DNA of 64,000 nucleotides from a virus: IMG/VR virus record IMGVR_UViG_3300032309_000634, positions 19,791 to 83,790 of that record; one strand, 5' to 3'. Shown piece by piece: positions 9,122 to 19,259 of this stretch (position 1 is its first letter; each line of letters starts with the position of its first letter). The notes under the pieces were generated by a model. It saw only the letters and a program-made list of their open reading frames with translations, ran no database searches and was not told where the DNA came from. The position numbers and the translations under genes were made by a program.

Positions 9122-9570
9122 TAGTCACCAACGCTTTGGTTTTCGGTCCTGCGCCATAGCATCTTAAAGAATTCAACATCTCCAAATGGCCCAGTTAGCG
9201 GATCAAAAGTTCCTAGTTCGTAAATAGTTCCACGACCTGCTCTTGGTCCAGCGCTTTCGGTATAAATAAGATTATCATGAATATCTCTAATATTAGTAAT
9301 CAATATATTGGTTGCAGCATTTAAAGTATTTGTAGATGATGCTCTTATGTCAGACTTGCTGCGAGCAATTAGCTTATTCTCATATTGAAGAAATACCTCT
9401 GGTCTGATATCTTCAGTACCGTTTCCTCCAACTGGAGTTGCGTTACATACAATTGTTCTATCAAATACCCACTCTTTGTTTGCTTGACCATAGTCATTTT
9501 GAGTTATGATTGGATAATAAATATCAGCTCTCATAGGGTACATGAAGTCATTTTCTTCACATACTAACAT
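9121..9570 (-). CDS. Putative head closure protein
   Basis: 149 aa, beta-rich, QNDYGQANKEW N-terminal pattern; follows adaptor. Confidence 0.55.
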   Translation of the reverse strand: MLVCEENDFMYPMRADIYYPIITQNDYGQANKEWVFDRTIVCNATPVGGNGTEDIRPEVFLQYENKLIARSKSDIRASSTNTLNAATNILITNIRDIHDNLIYTESAGPRAGRGTIYELGTFDPLTGPFGDVEFFKMLWRRTENQSVGD

Positions 9571-10547
9571 TATAAAATCCCAGGACGAGTTATTGAGGTT
9601 TTGTATTTATCTAAAATCTTATCAACTAAGAGGTTTCCAGTACCATCAATTAGTCGCTTATCGTATTCAATCTGGAACTGATCTGTCTCATATCTTTTGA
9701 CAAACCTCTTATAATAGTCTAGCTTTCCACACTTAATATCTTCAATAAGAATCTTTGTTGCATCTTGGATATCGTATGGTACTACTTTGTACCCTGTTTC
9801 TAGTTGAAATATATAATCTGTACCCTCGGCAAAACCAACTCCAGCAGAAATGGTTTGAACTAAACCACTATCTTCTGTATCAAAAACATTATATGAGTCT
9901 GATGGTGCTAATGGAATTCTTGCAGGCTTTCTTTCTGCACGGTTTAATTCACCTTCATCTAAGACTGGATCTTTTGTGATAGATGTTCTATCTTTAGTAA
10001 TTACGTAGTTAAATGATCCAAGAGCTGCTGGTGACTGAGATGAGTCATATACCAAGACTGTATTTTCATATGCCTTTAAAAGTTTTTCTGTTTTTTTCCA
10101 AAGTGGCATATAGTCAGTACCTTGACCAACAACCTCTAAGTATGTTCTATTGTAATAGAATCCACCAGTTACTGAATCAATAATTAGTCTAGCTAAATTT
10201 TCATATTCTTTATACTGAGCAATTTCTGTAGCTGTGGTTCCAAGTGTTTCTGGGTCAACGTATGGTCTTTGAATTTCAAGATTATCTTCTACAACAACAT
10301 CTCCATAAACAAGGTCTGGGCCAGAGTCGGTTAGATCTTCATAAATTGTAAGGGCATATGATTTATCATATCTTGTAAAATCTCCAGTAAGAGAGTAGGT
10401 AACTAAAGACCCAGCAGTTGATGTTACAGACTCTTCAAGTTCGGTCTGCTCAGACATATCTCTAATGACTAGAATATAGTCTGCAAGGCTATCTGGAACA
10501 GTATAGGTTACAGATAGTGGATATGGAGCTTTACGTAATAGTTGCAT
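9570..10547 (-). CDS. Putative head-to-tail adaptor
   Basis: C-terminal GYKVVPYDIQDATKILI...VDKILDKY pattern of adaptor proteins; synteny. Confidence 0.6.
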   Translation of the reverse strand: MQLLRKAPYPLSVTYTVPDSLADYILVIRDMSEQTELEESVTSTAGSLVTYSLTGDFTRYDKSYALTIYEDLTDSGPDLVYGDVVVEDNLEIQRPYVDPETLGTTATEIAQYKEYENLARLIIDSVTGGFYYNRTYLEVVGQGTDYMPLWKKTEKLLKAYENTVLVYDSSQSPAALGSFNYVITKDRTSITKDPVLDEGELNRAERKPARIPLAPSDSYNVFDTEDSGLVQTISAGVGFAEGTDYIFQLETGYKVVPYDIQDATKILIEDIKCGKLDYYKRFVKRYETDQFQIEYDKRLIDGTGNLLVDKILDKYKTSITRPGIL

Positions 10548-10876
10548 TATTTACCATAGTAACTTGCTACCTCTTCAGGAGATGCAACACGCACAGCCTT
10601 ATGGGTAGACATAATTTTTGCTTGATCTTTAGACACAATGTTGTATCCAATTTTAAGGTTTCCAATTTCAGACCAATGTATATTTCTTTTTGAATATAGG
10701 GCTACTTTGTCATATTCTTCTTTAATGTTTTCTGTTATAACACTAGATGGAGTAAATGCTTCAATTGTTGAGAGTATATCAACTTTCTTTTTTGCGTCCC
10801 CCAAAGGAATACCGTTAGTTTTAGCATACGACTTTAATTCAAAAACTGTTTTATTTAACAAATTATCAATGTTCAA
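10547..10876 (-). CDS. Small protein with Rho-N/HeH-like N-terminus
   Basis: LLNKTVFELKSYAKTNGI...KKVDILSTI helix-extended-helix pattern; common after capsid genes. Confidence 0.55.
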   Translation of the reverse strand: MNIDNLLNKTVFELKSYAKTNGIPLGDAKKKVDILSTIEAFTPSSVITENIKEEYDKVALYSKRNIHWSEIGNLKIGYNIVSKDQAKIMSTHKAVRVASPEEVASYYGK

Positions 10877-10915
10877 AGCATTCCCTCCTGACTAAATTAT
10901 ACCAGAATATGAAGA

Positions 10916-10945
10916 AGGGGGAGCAGATGTGACTCTACTCCCCCT
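10916..10945 (-). terminator. Terminator-like hairpin after major capsid gene
   Basis: AGGGGGAG...CTCCCCCT inverted repeat. Confidence 0.7.
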
Positions 10946-10961
10946 CTAGGTTGACTACAGA

Positions 10962-12098
10962 TTATGAATCTGAAATGTCATGGTATGCAACTGCATCTAG
11001 TTCTTCCCATTGAATACCAAAGCGGACGAATACTGTGTATTCAATTGTGTCCTTCTTTGGCTTGTATTCACGGTTAACAGTGATGTCACGTTGGAATCCC
11101 CATACACGGTTCTGTGGGAATGTCAAGTCGACATATCCTGCAGGGTAGTAAGGAACTTCCATAACATCAATGCCTAGAACACGAGTGGTGCGAGCACCAC
11201 CGAATGTCTGTGCATTGCCATCAAGGTATGCTTGACGGTTTGCTGGTGTACCAGCTGCGATTGGTGAAAATGCTTCTGCGATTGCATCAGCAAGTGTACC
11301 GTTGTTCTTAACGATGCTTTGGAAAACATCTGTACCAGCATAGAACTTTAGACCAGCCTTTAGTGCACGATACTTACGTGGCAAAGCCAAGATGATATCT
11401 TGCATAGCAGCGGTTGTCCACTGGTTATCGTTGATAACTGTGACTGCTTCGTGAGAGTCTTCAGTTACTACACGATTAACGAATCCGTTCATGATTGAAA
11501 GGAAGTCGCCAGTTGCACCGTCGCCGTTGATTGCTAGATCTTCAATATCATTAGCGAAAGCGTTTGTCATAAGACGAACTAGGTGATCTTCAAGAGCACC
11601 GCCTTCAATATTGTCTTCTAGTGATTCTGTAGAAACTTCCCAGTCAAGACGAATCTTTTTGGTTGTTAGTTCTACCTTTGAGAATGTTGCGCCAGCGTTT
11701 GTGTAGTTTGGGCTACCTTGAGCAGCAGCACGGATTACACGCTCTCCAACGTTAACCTTCTCGATTTCCATTGTGTTAGCACGCATTGTAACTTTACGAC
11801 CATCTTTGGCGAGAACTGTTCCATCCCACACGTAGTCGATGAAGCGACGAGCCTGCTCTGGTGCTAGAATACCACCTGATGTACCAGTTGGGTTTACAGC
11901 GTTAGGTCCAGTTGTAACACCGAAGTTAGCTGTTGCTGTCTGACCGAGTGATGTTGCTGGACTTACGTTACCATCAGCATTACGGGCAGTTGCACCACCG
12001 ATATTTCCAGATACTGTTGCGCCTTGTGAGTTAATCTCAGCTCCAGCTCCACCAGATCCTGGGTAGTTCTTTTCTATATTTGTATCTTGTTCCGACAT
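10962..12098 (-). CDS. Major capsid protein (HK97 fold)
   Basis: GGILAPEQARRFID, LEDNIEG, ANDIEDLAINGD motifs; AGGAGGTG SD supports start at 12098. Confidence 0.92.
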   Translation of the reverse strand: MSEQDTNIEKNYPGSGGAGAEINSQGATVSGNIGGATARNADGNVSPATSLGQTATANFGVTTGPNAVNPTGTSGGILAPEQARRFIDYVWDGTVLAKDGRKVTMRANTMEIEKVNVGERVIRAAAQGSPNYTNAGATFSKVELTTKKIRLDWEVSTESLEDNIEGGALEDHLVRLMTNAFANDIEDLAINGDGATGDFLSIMNGFVNRVVTEDSHEAVTVINDNQWTTAAMQDIILALPRKYRALKAGLKFYAGTDVFQSIVKNNGTLADAIAEAFSPIAAGTPANRQAYLDGNAQTFGGARTTRVLGIDVMEVPYYPAGYVDLTFPQNRVWGFQRDITVNREYKPKKDTIEYTVFVRFGIQWEELDAVAYHDISDS

Positions 12099-12126
12099 AT
12101 TGTTCACCTCCTAGTGATTTTATATC

Positions 12127-13437
12127 TTAGTTGAATAGGTCGGTTGATGTGAGGAAACGACCGCCCCATAGGGATTTTTGAACCTTAAGTGGTTCGAACT
12201 GTACGATCTCGCCTAGATCGCCAGACTTGCGGAAAGCTGTGTCTGCTACTACGTCATCCACTCGCTTGCCAAACTCATCAAATGTTCCCTTAACTTCCTT
12301 AACCTCACTAGTTACGGATTCAAGAGACTTGCTTAGTGTCATAATCTGCTCATGTAAAGATTTTACAGTTGAAGCGAGATCGCCAAAGGCATTAGTTAGA
12401 GAATCCTTAATGTCTGAAACTGCTTTAGCAATTTCTTCGTTAGATGCTGTTGCATTTGCTTCAAGGCTGTCTGCCTTATCTGCAGTATTCTCTACAGTCT
12501 CAGCTGCATTAGCAACTGGAGACTCTGCACCACCATCAGTTAATTCTACAGCAATAGCTTTTTCAGCTACTGGTGCTTCTTCAACTACTACAGATGTTTT
12601 TTCAACAACTGTTGGCTGTGCCTCTGGAGTAACCTCAACTTCTTCAACTGCAGATTGGACTGCTTTTTCTGTTGCTTCTGTCATTGGATTTACCTCCTTA
12701 GTAATCTTAATTGTACTAATGCCTTTAGCACTATCAACTAAGAACTTTATCATATTTGCTTTTTCTAAATCATCTTTTTCAACAAAACCAATGTTCTTCA
12801 TTTCTTGTCCAGTTGCAGGACTTACCTGTGTCTCTTCTTCAGAAACAATAACTAATCCAGACTCTTTGTCATAGAATACATTTTCTAAAACAGTGTTATC
12901 TGCTTTAATCATATCGACACCATCAACCTTCTCAACTGACATAATGCTAGCAAATTGGTTTGCTGGACTATCAACAAGAGATAGCTCAATGAGGTCATAG
13001 TCCTTGATAATTCTAATTTGCTTTTCCATTGTATCATCATATGCGTCATCCCACTTGTTCATTCGTCCCCCGATTGAAAAACCAGTGTATGTACCATCAA
13101 GAACTTTTTCCCAAGCATCTTGGGCACCCTTAGAAATATAAGTAGAAACGTATATTCCCTTATAAAACTTCTTTGATTCTGGATCAAAATATTTTTCTTC
13201 TTTAAATGAGATCATCTTACCAACAGCAGATGGTTGGTGCATTTCTCTAATGTTTCCACGAAACTTTGCAAAAGCACTCATGCTAGCTTCGGTAGTTACA
13301 ATGTCCATTTGCTTGTCAATATTGTCTAGAGACGCAAAACCAGAAACTAGTCTTCGCTCTTGATCTACCTTGCCAAAAGGCATTGATAGACGAACGTTGT
13401 CGCCGTCTGTAACCCAGGAAGCTTTATTTATAATCAT
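12127..13437 (-). CDS. Prohead protease with C-terminal scaffold region
   Basis: VSGFASLDNID, REMH, TGFSIGG, ELSLVDSPAN (HK97-type protease); acidic coiled-coil C-terminus with internal SD+ATG at 12684. Confidence 0.9.
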   Translation of the reverse strand: MIINKASWVTDGDNVRLSMPFGKVDQERRLVSGFASLDNIDKQMDIVTTEASMSAFAKFRGNIREMHQPSAVGKMISFKEEKYFDPESKKFYKGIYVSTYISKGAQDAWEKVLDGTYTGFSIGGRMNKWDDAYDDTMEKQIRIIKDYDLIELSLVDSPANQFASIMSVEKVDGVDMIKADNTVLENVFYDKESGLVIVSEEETQVSPATGQEMKNIGFVEKDDLEKANMIKFLVDSAKGISTIKITKEVNPMTEATEKAVQSAVEEVEVTPEAQPTVVEKTSVVVEEAPVAEKAIAVELTDGGAESPVANAAETVENTADKADSLEANATASNEEIAKAVSDIKDSLTNAFGDLASTVKSLHEQIMTLSKSLESVTSEVKEVKGTFDEFGKRVDDVVADTAFRKSGDLGEIVQFEPLKVQKSLWGGRFLTSTDLFN

Positions 13438-13476
13438 AGCTTATCTATTATACCAAACATTTATGAGTTTTCTCAG

Positions 13477-15084
13477 TTATTGAGATGATCTTCCTTCACC
13501 TTTAGGATTTCTTCCAGCGATAGTTGCTGGGCCATCTGACTGGTTGTTAACTCTTTCTGTATCCCGTTGGCGATTTGAATTTGCATTTGATTGAGCATCA
13601 TTTGCTTGCCCTGGAGACATTACAAAAGGAGTATCTCCATCTTTAGTTTGTGGAAGATCAAGAGCTTCTCTAGCCTCATTTGGCATCATAATCTGAGTCT
13701 TAACAAGACGTTCAAGAATTTGAGATTGAGCAATTTCATCTGTAAGAGTTAGCTCATTAAACCTTAACTCTAGAATATCTGTTTTTTCTTTAATAATTTT
13801 ATTGATAATTTTTTCAAGATGATGCTGTGCTGGTCGTGAAACCTGCTCTTTAAATGTACGATCTTGAGATAGGGCTGCTGCAATACCAGAATCAGAACCA
13901 CCAAGTTTAGAGATTGGAACCTGATGAGCAATCAGGATATCATCACGATTTTGCTTTCTGTATTCTTTAAATGATCCGTCTTGAATACCATTTTCAATTG
14001 GCTCCATTTTGAACTCAACCTTGTTTTGATCTGTATCTCCAGGAAGTGGTATGTACAGGGTTCTGTGGGATTGAGATTTTAGTCCAGTCTGTAAGAATCT
14101 AAACATGTTGTCTTCTGCATCTGCACTTAGCTTGGCACCCTTTAGAGTAATAATATATCTTGGTACCGCTTTATTTTCAAAGTAGTCAATGTTGTATTGT
14201 GATGCTAACTTGTCACCAATCAAAGATGGAAAAGCAGCAACAATGTCTGGTACACCATAAAACGTATTTAGTGGTGAGTATTGCTTAATATGAATAATCT
14301 CATTTGGTCTAGTATCTACAGTAACTGGGTTCTGGTTCTTAGCCCCAAAGTTTCTAAAGTAAACTACTTGCTGACCAATAATTTGAAGAAAGCCATCGTT
14401 TAGTCTGCGAACACGAACAGTAGTTGCTGGAATATGACCTAGATATCCGATGTCGCCTTCAACAGTTCTTCCTATTTCAATGAAACCATTTCCTGTTGCC
14501 TCTAAGTCTATATAAACCTTTTCCATAGTCTTTGTAAATGAGTCATCATCATTTAAATTCTCTAGCCAATCACGAAGTTCAATCTTCATGCGCTCAATCC
14601 TCTTTCGAGCACGAGCAGATGCTTGCTCATCACTTGAAGTTTCAAGGCGTAAAGATGTTCTGTCTGAAATGTCAAATCGATATCCAAGACCTACAACGTT
14701 TTCTACCTTAGCATCAATAGCAGCATGGTTAGCAAAAGATGTATCATAAAAGTTTGCTAGCTCATACATGTTATATGGTGGAGTAATAATATCAAACAAG
14801 CCATATCCATTTCGGTATACTGTTCCAGGATTAATGCCCTTTGTCCCAGTACCGCCCACTCCAGATGACTGAGCATTTGCTGAGTCTAGATATGCTGGAG
14901 TCATTTCAGCAGCCTTATTTAAAAGTCTAACAGTTCTTCTCTTAAAGTTTTGGTTTAGTCCGCCAAGGTCTTTTAGATCATCCCAATTTTTATTAAATGG
15001 GTCTTGTGCATGAAATATATTTTCTTCTTGTTCTTGTGTATTTAGTTTTGCACTAACGTAATCAGAATTATCCCTCATCGCCAT
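13477..15084 (-). CDS. Portal protein
   Basis: TGNGFIEI, NEIIHIK...YGVP, YFENKAVP, AHQVP, PNEAREALDLP portal motifs. Confidence 0.92.
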   Translation of the reverse strand: MAMRDNSDYVSAKLNTQEQEENIFHAQDPFNKNWDDLKDLGGLNQNFKRRTVRLLNKAAEMTPAYLDSANAQSSGVGGTGTKGINPGTVYRNGYGLFDIITPPYNMYELANFYDTSFANHAAIDAKVENVVGLGYRFDISDRTSLRLETSSDEQASARARKRIERMKIELRDWLENLNDDDSFTKTMEKVYIDLEATGNGFIEIGRTVEGDIGYLGHIPATTVRVRRLNDGFLQIIGQQVVYFRNFGAKNQNPVTVDTRPNEIIHIKQYSPLNTFYGVPDIVAAFPSLIGDKLASQYNIDYFENKAVPRYIITLKGAKLSADAEDNMFRFLQTGLKSQSHRTLYIPLPGDTDQNKVEFKMEPIENGIQDGSFKEYRKQNRDDILIAHQVPISKLGGSDSGIAAALSQDRTFKEQVSRPAQHHLEKIINKIIKEKTDILELRFNELTLTDEIAQSQILERLVKTQIMMPNEAREALDLPQTKDGDTPFVMSPGQANDAQSNANSNRQRDTERVNNQSDGPATIAGRNPKGEGRSSQ

Positions 15085-15454
15085 ACAACCTTAAAGTTTT
15101 TTGTGCTGCATCAATAGCACCCAGATCATTAAGAGAAGGAATTAGTCCTTGCCTCATTCTATCTTTTTGCTCTGAATATTCTTCTTCTGTTACCCTTGTC
15201 AATCCAGGAACAAAGACTGCGGTACCTTGACCGTCATCTCCACAGGCGATTGCTTCTCTTTTTAGCTCTGCAATCTTACTTATGTCACCTTTTTGTGCAG
15301 GTATGTTTAAAACTGAGCCTGATCCGTCTGTAAACCACTTGCCTGTTGACTTCTTATATACATAAAGTCCCCAGTCATATTGCTTATCAATGACTTTTCT
15401 GCGTACGTTGTTAACAATAGGTTTACCAGTTTTTGGGTTTATTAATGAATCCAT
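15068..15454 (-). CDS. Hypothetical protein upstream of portal
   Basis: 128-aa ORF, TGGTATACT promoter 7 nt before ATG. Confidence 0.6.
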   Translation of the reverse strand: MDSLINPKTGKPIVNNVRRKVIDKQYDWGLYVYKKSTGKWFTDGSGSVLNIPAQKGDISKIAELKREAIACGDDGQGTAVFVPGLTRVTEEEYSEQKDRMRQGLIPSLNDLGAIDAAQKTLRLYGDEG

Positions 15455-15472
15455 AACCTCAAGTATACCATA

Positions 15473-18400
15473 TTAGACTGGCAAGAGGGTGATTGTCTGC
15501 CACTCAGTATCTTTATACACCTTAACTTTATTAGCATCAAACGTCATGCCTTCATTATCATCAATGATAATCTTATTAGTTCCAAGATAGTTTTTGTAGA
15601 CATCTGTGGGGTTAACTCCGTATAGTTCTGAGCTTGAAACAACTAGCGTTTCTTGCCAATCATAGTTTTCACTCCAGTATGACCATGTGTTGACTACCCC
15701 TTCACTGGTCTTAACCTTTAGCCAAGGTCTAGTTACAATACTCTGGATTTGTTGTAAATTGTTTGCTTGATAGAAAGATATGTTATTAAATAGTATTGGA
15801 CCATTTAGATTAATTGCGCCAATAAATAGATCAAAGTTTAATGCAGATGAGAACTGCAGTCCTAATGATCCCCACTCTTTTATTGTAATAATTGGATTTT
15901 GAACTGATACTCCGTTCCAGAAATACGTCAGTTTTTTATACTCTGTTCCAGTTACGCTGCTCATTGCATATATCTTAGCTCGTGATCCAGACGGACTGTC
16001 TGCTACCATATAGAACTTGATGGTATCTTCCTTATACTCAATTTCAAAAATTTCAATTGGTGAAGCAGAGAAAGAATCTTGGTTAGCAAACATCCAAGCC
16101 TGCATTGAGCTTACACGATATTCATCCGATAGTTCTTTATTAATTGGCATAGCAATGCCACGATTTGTTTCAAAGTTAAAATCTCCACGAACTTCTATTC
16201 CAGAATTTTTTGTTAAATATAAATATGGAGTGCTTGACTTGTAAATGCTAAAAGGATTCTTTGATTTATAGTCAAAATAAATTCCAGACTTTTTATATGG
16301 AACTAGGTCAACTCCGAATCTAGTACCCACAGAGTTGAAGGCATTATCGCTAAATGCTTGGGAAGCTAACTCTAACTCTTTAATCTTAATTGGTCTATTA
16401 ATAATTCCACGTACATTAAAGTCAATAGAATATACAACTGCTAGGTCGTTAAAGTCGATAGACTTACTAGGATAAATAATTGTATTATCTACAACCTCAA
16501 ACTTGCTAGCAGCCCAGTTTGGGTAGTTGTCAATATCAATAATTGATCCTTCTTTGGCTGGCACGTTTATAGTAAAACTATCATCGAGAGCATTTGCTCC
16601 ATCTGCTACATATTGAAAAGTAATATAACTTTTAACAAATGATTCTGATGTGTCATACTCGTAATACTTTAATGCTTTTTGAGCTAAGTCTTCATAGTTA
16701 TCCCAACCAGTAATAAGGCTGTTATCTAGTTGATAGTATGTTTGTTGAATAGGTGCCGAATAGCTTTCCTTTAATTGCTCATAGGTCCAAGAAGAAGTAG
16801 TTTCTTTTTCTAAAAGTTTTGATGGCGATGGATATCCAATATTAAACTGTAAAAAATCTAAATCATAAAAAGAAGCACCTTGTGCATTATCGACATATTT
16901 AGCAAAATACGACAGAGGTAGGTAATCTTGCCAGTATCCAGACACTCCAATATCAAGGAAGAATTCATCATATGCTTCTATTGGTAATAAAGTGTAGCTT
17001 GCTAAATGGTTTATAAGAGCAATAGCATTTGTTTCTTCTGCTACACCACTAACAGATAAATCATCAAAATTAACAACTCCATACTCATTAAAGTATTGTG
17101 CTATTGATTTATGGTTAAGCTCTGTTGTAAACCCTAATGAGTAAATTTTACCAGAGAAAGAATTAGAAGTTTGTTCATCTCCAGCAACGTAAATCTTTAG
17201 ACCATTTACATTACCAAAGAATGCTGAAACATTTCCTCCAAAAACATTAGATAAATCATCAATGTTAATTCCAACTGCAAATAATTGATCTGGCTCAATT
17301 GCTTCTGTTGTGTATACTATTTCTTCTAGTCCATTATAGTTTAATACGTACTCGACTATACTTCCACTAAGTCTTGCAATAAAGAAATCATCAGTTAATG
17401 TGTTATATATTTTAATTAATGTTTGTAATGTTCCTTCTGCAACTGGAGCGCCACCTTCATAAGATTCTATCCAGGTTGTTGTATTGTAGTACTCTGCATC
17501 AAAAGATTCTGTTGGAGTTGTATTGTAATACCCTCCATCAATTAATAATATGCTGCTGCTAAAAACTCCATATATAGATTTAATCTTGTCATTTAAAATA
17601 TTAAACTTTGGAAAGTTTAGATATGTTCCTAACGCATTCCATGATGAGTTTGGTCTAAATGTTAAAAACTTGTATGGCAGTGCTCCAGACTCTTGGTCTG
17701 TCTGTATTGCTTTACAGTCAGTATATAGGTCATCTAGACTTTTAGTATCTAAAAATATGTTGGGCAAACTATAAGATGGTGTAGTTAACTCTAGAGAAGT
17801 TGTTTCTAAGTTATCAAAATTTCCTTGTTGCCATTGTGCAAAACTTGGATAGTTGTAGTTTGCGGTATAGTTTGAAAATGAATAATCTATAAAAGCAGAA
17901 GTTCCACCGTATGATGAATTGATAGATTGTGCTGAAGATACGGCTTGACCATAAACCCATCTACGTTTTGCAACAGTTACAGAAACCTGATAAGAGTATA
18001 TAGCAAGACAGTCTACCTCAATTAAGCTTACATTATCATATGCATAAAATCCAAGCCAGTCTTGACTTCTTAGTTCTTCATCTAATAGGTCTGGTAGTGA
18101 TAGCGATGTAGTATCAATGGCAATTTCTATTACTTGTTCTCCATTTAACAGTACCGTCACGGAATTTTTAATTAATCTAATATGTATGAGCATTGGTCTA
18201 AACCATTCACCAACAAAGTGAGACTTAGATTGACCGCCAATAACTAAAGTTAAAAATCCTGAATCTACATATAGTCCGTCTGTAGAAGCAATTGGTCCAA
18301 ATATTCTTTTTGGATCTGGAGAGTCTGCAATTATTCTTGCCCAAAACTCTACGGTGTACTCTTTATGCTGCCCAGATTTGTTTAAAAATCCTTGACCTGG

Positions 18401-19225
18401 AAATATTAATGAAGGTTTGTTTGATGTGTTTGGAATAATTTTAGTTAACCCAGAAGCACCAAATACTAATGGAATACTTGTATTTTTTGCAAGAAGAGCA
18501 TTATTCTTTACCAAATAGTATGCGGTATTACTAGACACTCCATAGGCTGCAGCTGGGATTACGGTATCTGTTGTATCAATTGCAATTGTTGCTGGAAAAG
18601 ATGCTGGTGTAACCCCTAAAGATTCTTTATGAAATTCTTCAGACCATTGTCCTGTAGTTATTCCATTAAAATAAACTCTATAGTCAGCAGATGTTGCTCC
18701 GCCTGAAGACTTTAATATTTTTATAATTATTTTAAAGTTTGTATTTTCTTCAGGGATCTCAAAAGTTTCTGACATAAAAGACCATGACTGGTAGGCTGGA
18801 TCTGCAAAAGTTTTAAGCTTTTGAACTACCTCTAAAGTAGTTGTATCTGTATATTCATAACCAATAGCAATAGAGTTAATATATAAGCTATCAATATAAA
18901 AATAAGATCCAATAGAAAATGTTCCTAATGTTGTATTAAAGGTTTGGAAATTTTCAATATCTGGACTTAATATAATTGATTCCCCAGATGCCCCTGCTGG
19001 AACACTGCAAGACACTATGCTTGTGGGACTATCAGGAAATGGTTGTCCTGTAATTGCTGAGCCAGAACTAAAGGTACAGTTTGTAGAAGTCCAAGAAGGG
19101 GATGTTATGCTTCTTTCTGCATCACTAATTAAACTTACATAATCTGCCTGATCGTCTAGTGACCAAAGTACCAGAGGGTGCTCTGAGTAAATTTTTTCTG
19201 CATATAAATTAGATGGGTTAGACAT
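15473..19225 (-). CDS. Large virion structural protein with LamG/concanavalin-like domain
   Basis: 1250 aa; HPLVLWSLDD start and YTVEFW...LLNGEQV beta-sandwich motifs. Confidence 0.55.
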   Translation of the reverse strand: MSNPSNLYAEKIYSEHPLVLWSLDDQADYVSLISDAERSITSPSWTSTNCTFSSGSAITGQPFPDSPTSIVSCSVPAGASGESIILSPDIENFQTFNTTLGTFSIGSYFYIDSLYINSIAIGYEYTDTTTLEVVQKLKTFADPAYQSWSFMSETFEIPEENTNFKIIIKILKSSGGATSADYRVYFNGITTGQWSEEFHKESLGVTPASFPATIAIDTTDTVIPAAAYGVSSNTAYYLVKNNALLAKNTSIPLVFGASGLTKIIPNTSNKPSLIFPGQGFLNKSGQHKEYTVEFWARIIADSPDPKRIFGPIASTDGLYVDSGFLTLVIGGQSKSHFVGEWFRPMLIHIRLIKNSVTVLLNGEQVIEIAIDTTSLSLPDLLDEELRSQDWLGFYAYDNVSLIEVDCLAIYSYQVSVTVAKRRWVYGQAVSSAQSINSSYGGTSAFIDYSFSNYTANYNYPSFAQWQQGNFDNLETTSLELTTPSYSLPNIFLDTKSLDDLYTDCKAIQTDQESGALPYKFLTFRPNSSWNALGTYLNFPKFNILNDKIKSIYGVFSSSILLIDGGYYNTTPTESFDAEYYNTTTWIESYEGGAPVAEGTLQTLIKIYNTLTDDFFIARLSGSIVEYVLNYNGLEEIVYTTEAIEPDQLFAVGINIDDLSNVFGGNVSAFFGNVNGLKIYVAGDEQTSNSFSGKIYSLGFTTELNHKSIAQYFNEYGVVNFDDLSVSGVAEETNAIALINHLASYTLLPIEAYDEFFLDIGVSGYWQDYLPLSYFAKYVDNAQGASFYDLDFLQFNIGYPSPSKLLEKETTSSWTYEQLKESYSAPIQQTYYQLDNSLITGWDNYEDLAQKALKYYEYDTSESFVKSYITFQYVADGANALDDSFTINVPAKEGSIIDIDNYPNWAASKFEVVDNTIIYPSKSIDFNDLAVVYSIDFNVRGIINRPIKIKELELASQAFSDNAFNSVGTRFGVDLVPYKKSGIYFDYKSKNPFSIYKSSTPYLYLTKNSGIEVRGDFNFETNRGIAMPINKELSDEYRVSSMQAWMFANQDSFSASPIEIFEIEYKEDTIKFYMVADSPSGSRAKIYAMSSVTGTEYKKLTYFWNGVSVQNPIITIKEWGSLGLQFSSALNFDLFIGAINLNGPILFNNISFYQANNLQQIQSIVTRPWLKVKTSEGVVNTWSYWSENYDWQETLVVSSSELYGVNPTDVYKNYLGTNKIIIDDNEGMTFDANKVKVYKDTEWQTITLLPV

Positions 19226-19259
19226 ATATCTCCTACCCCTTATTATAGCAGGCTAAGGG

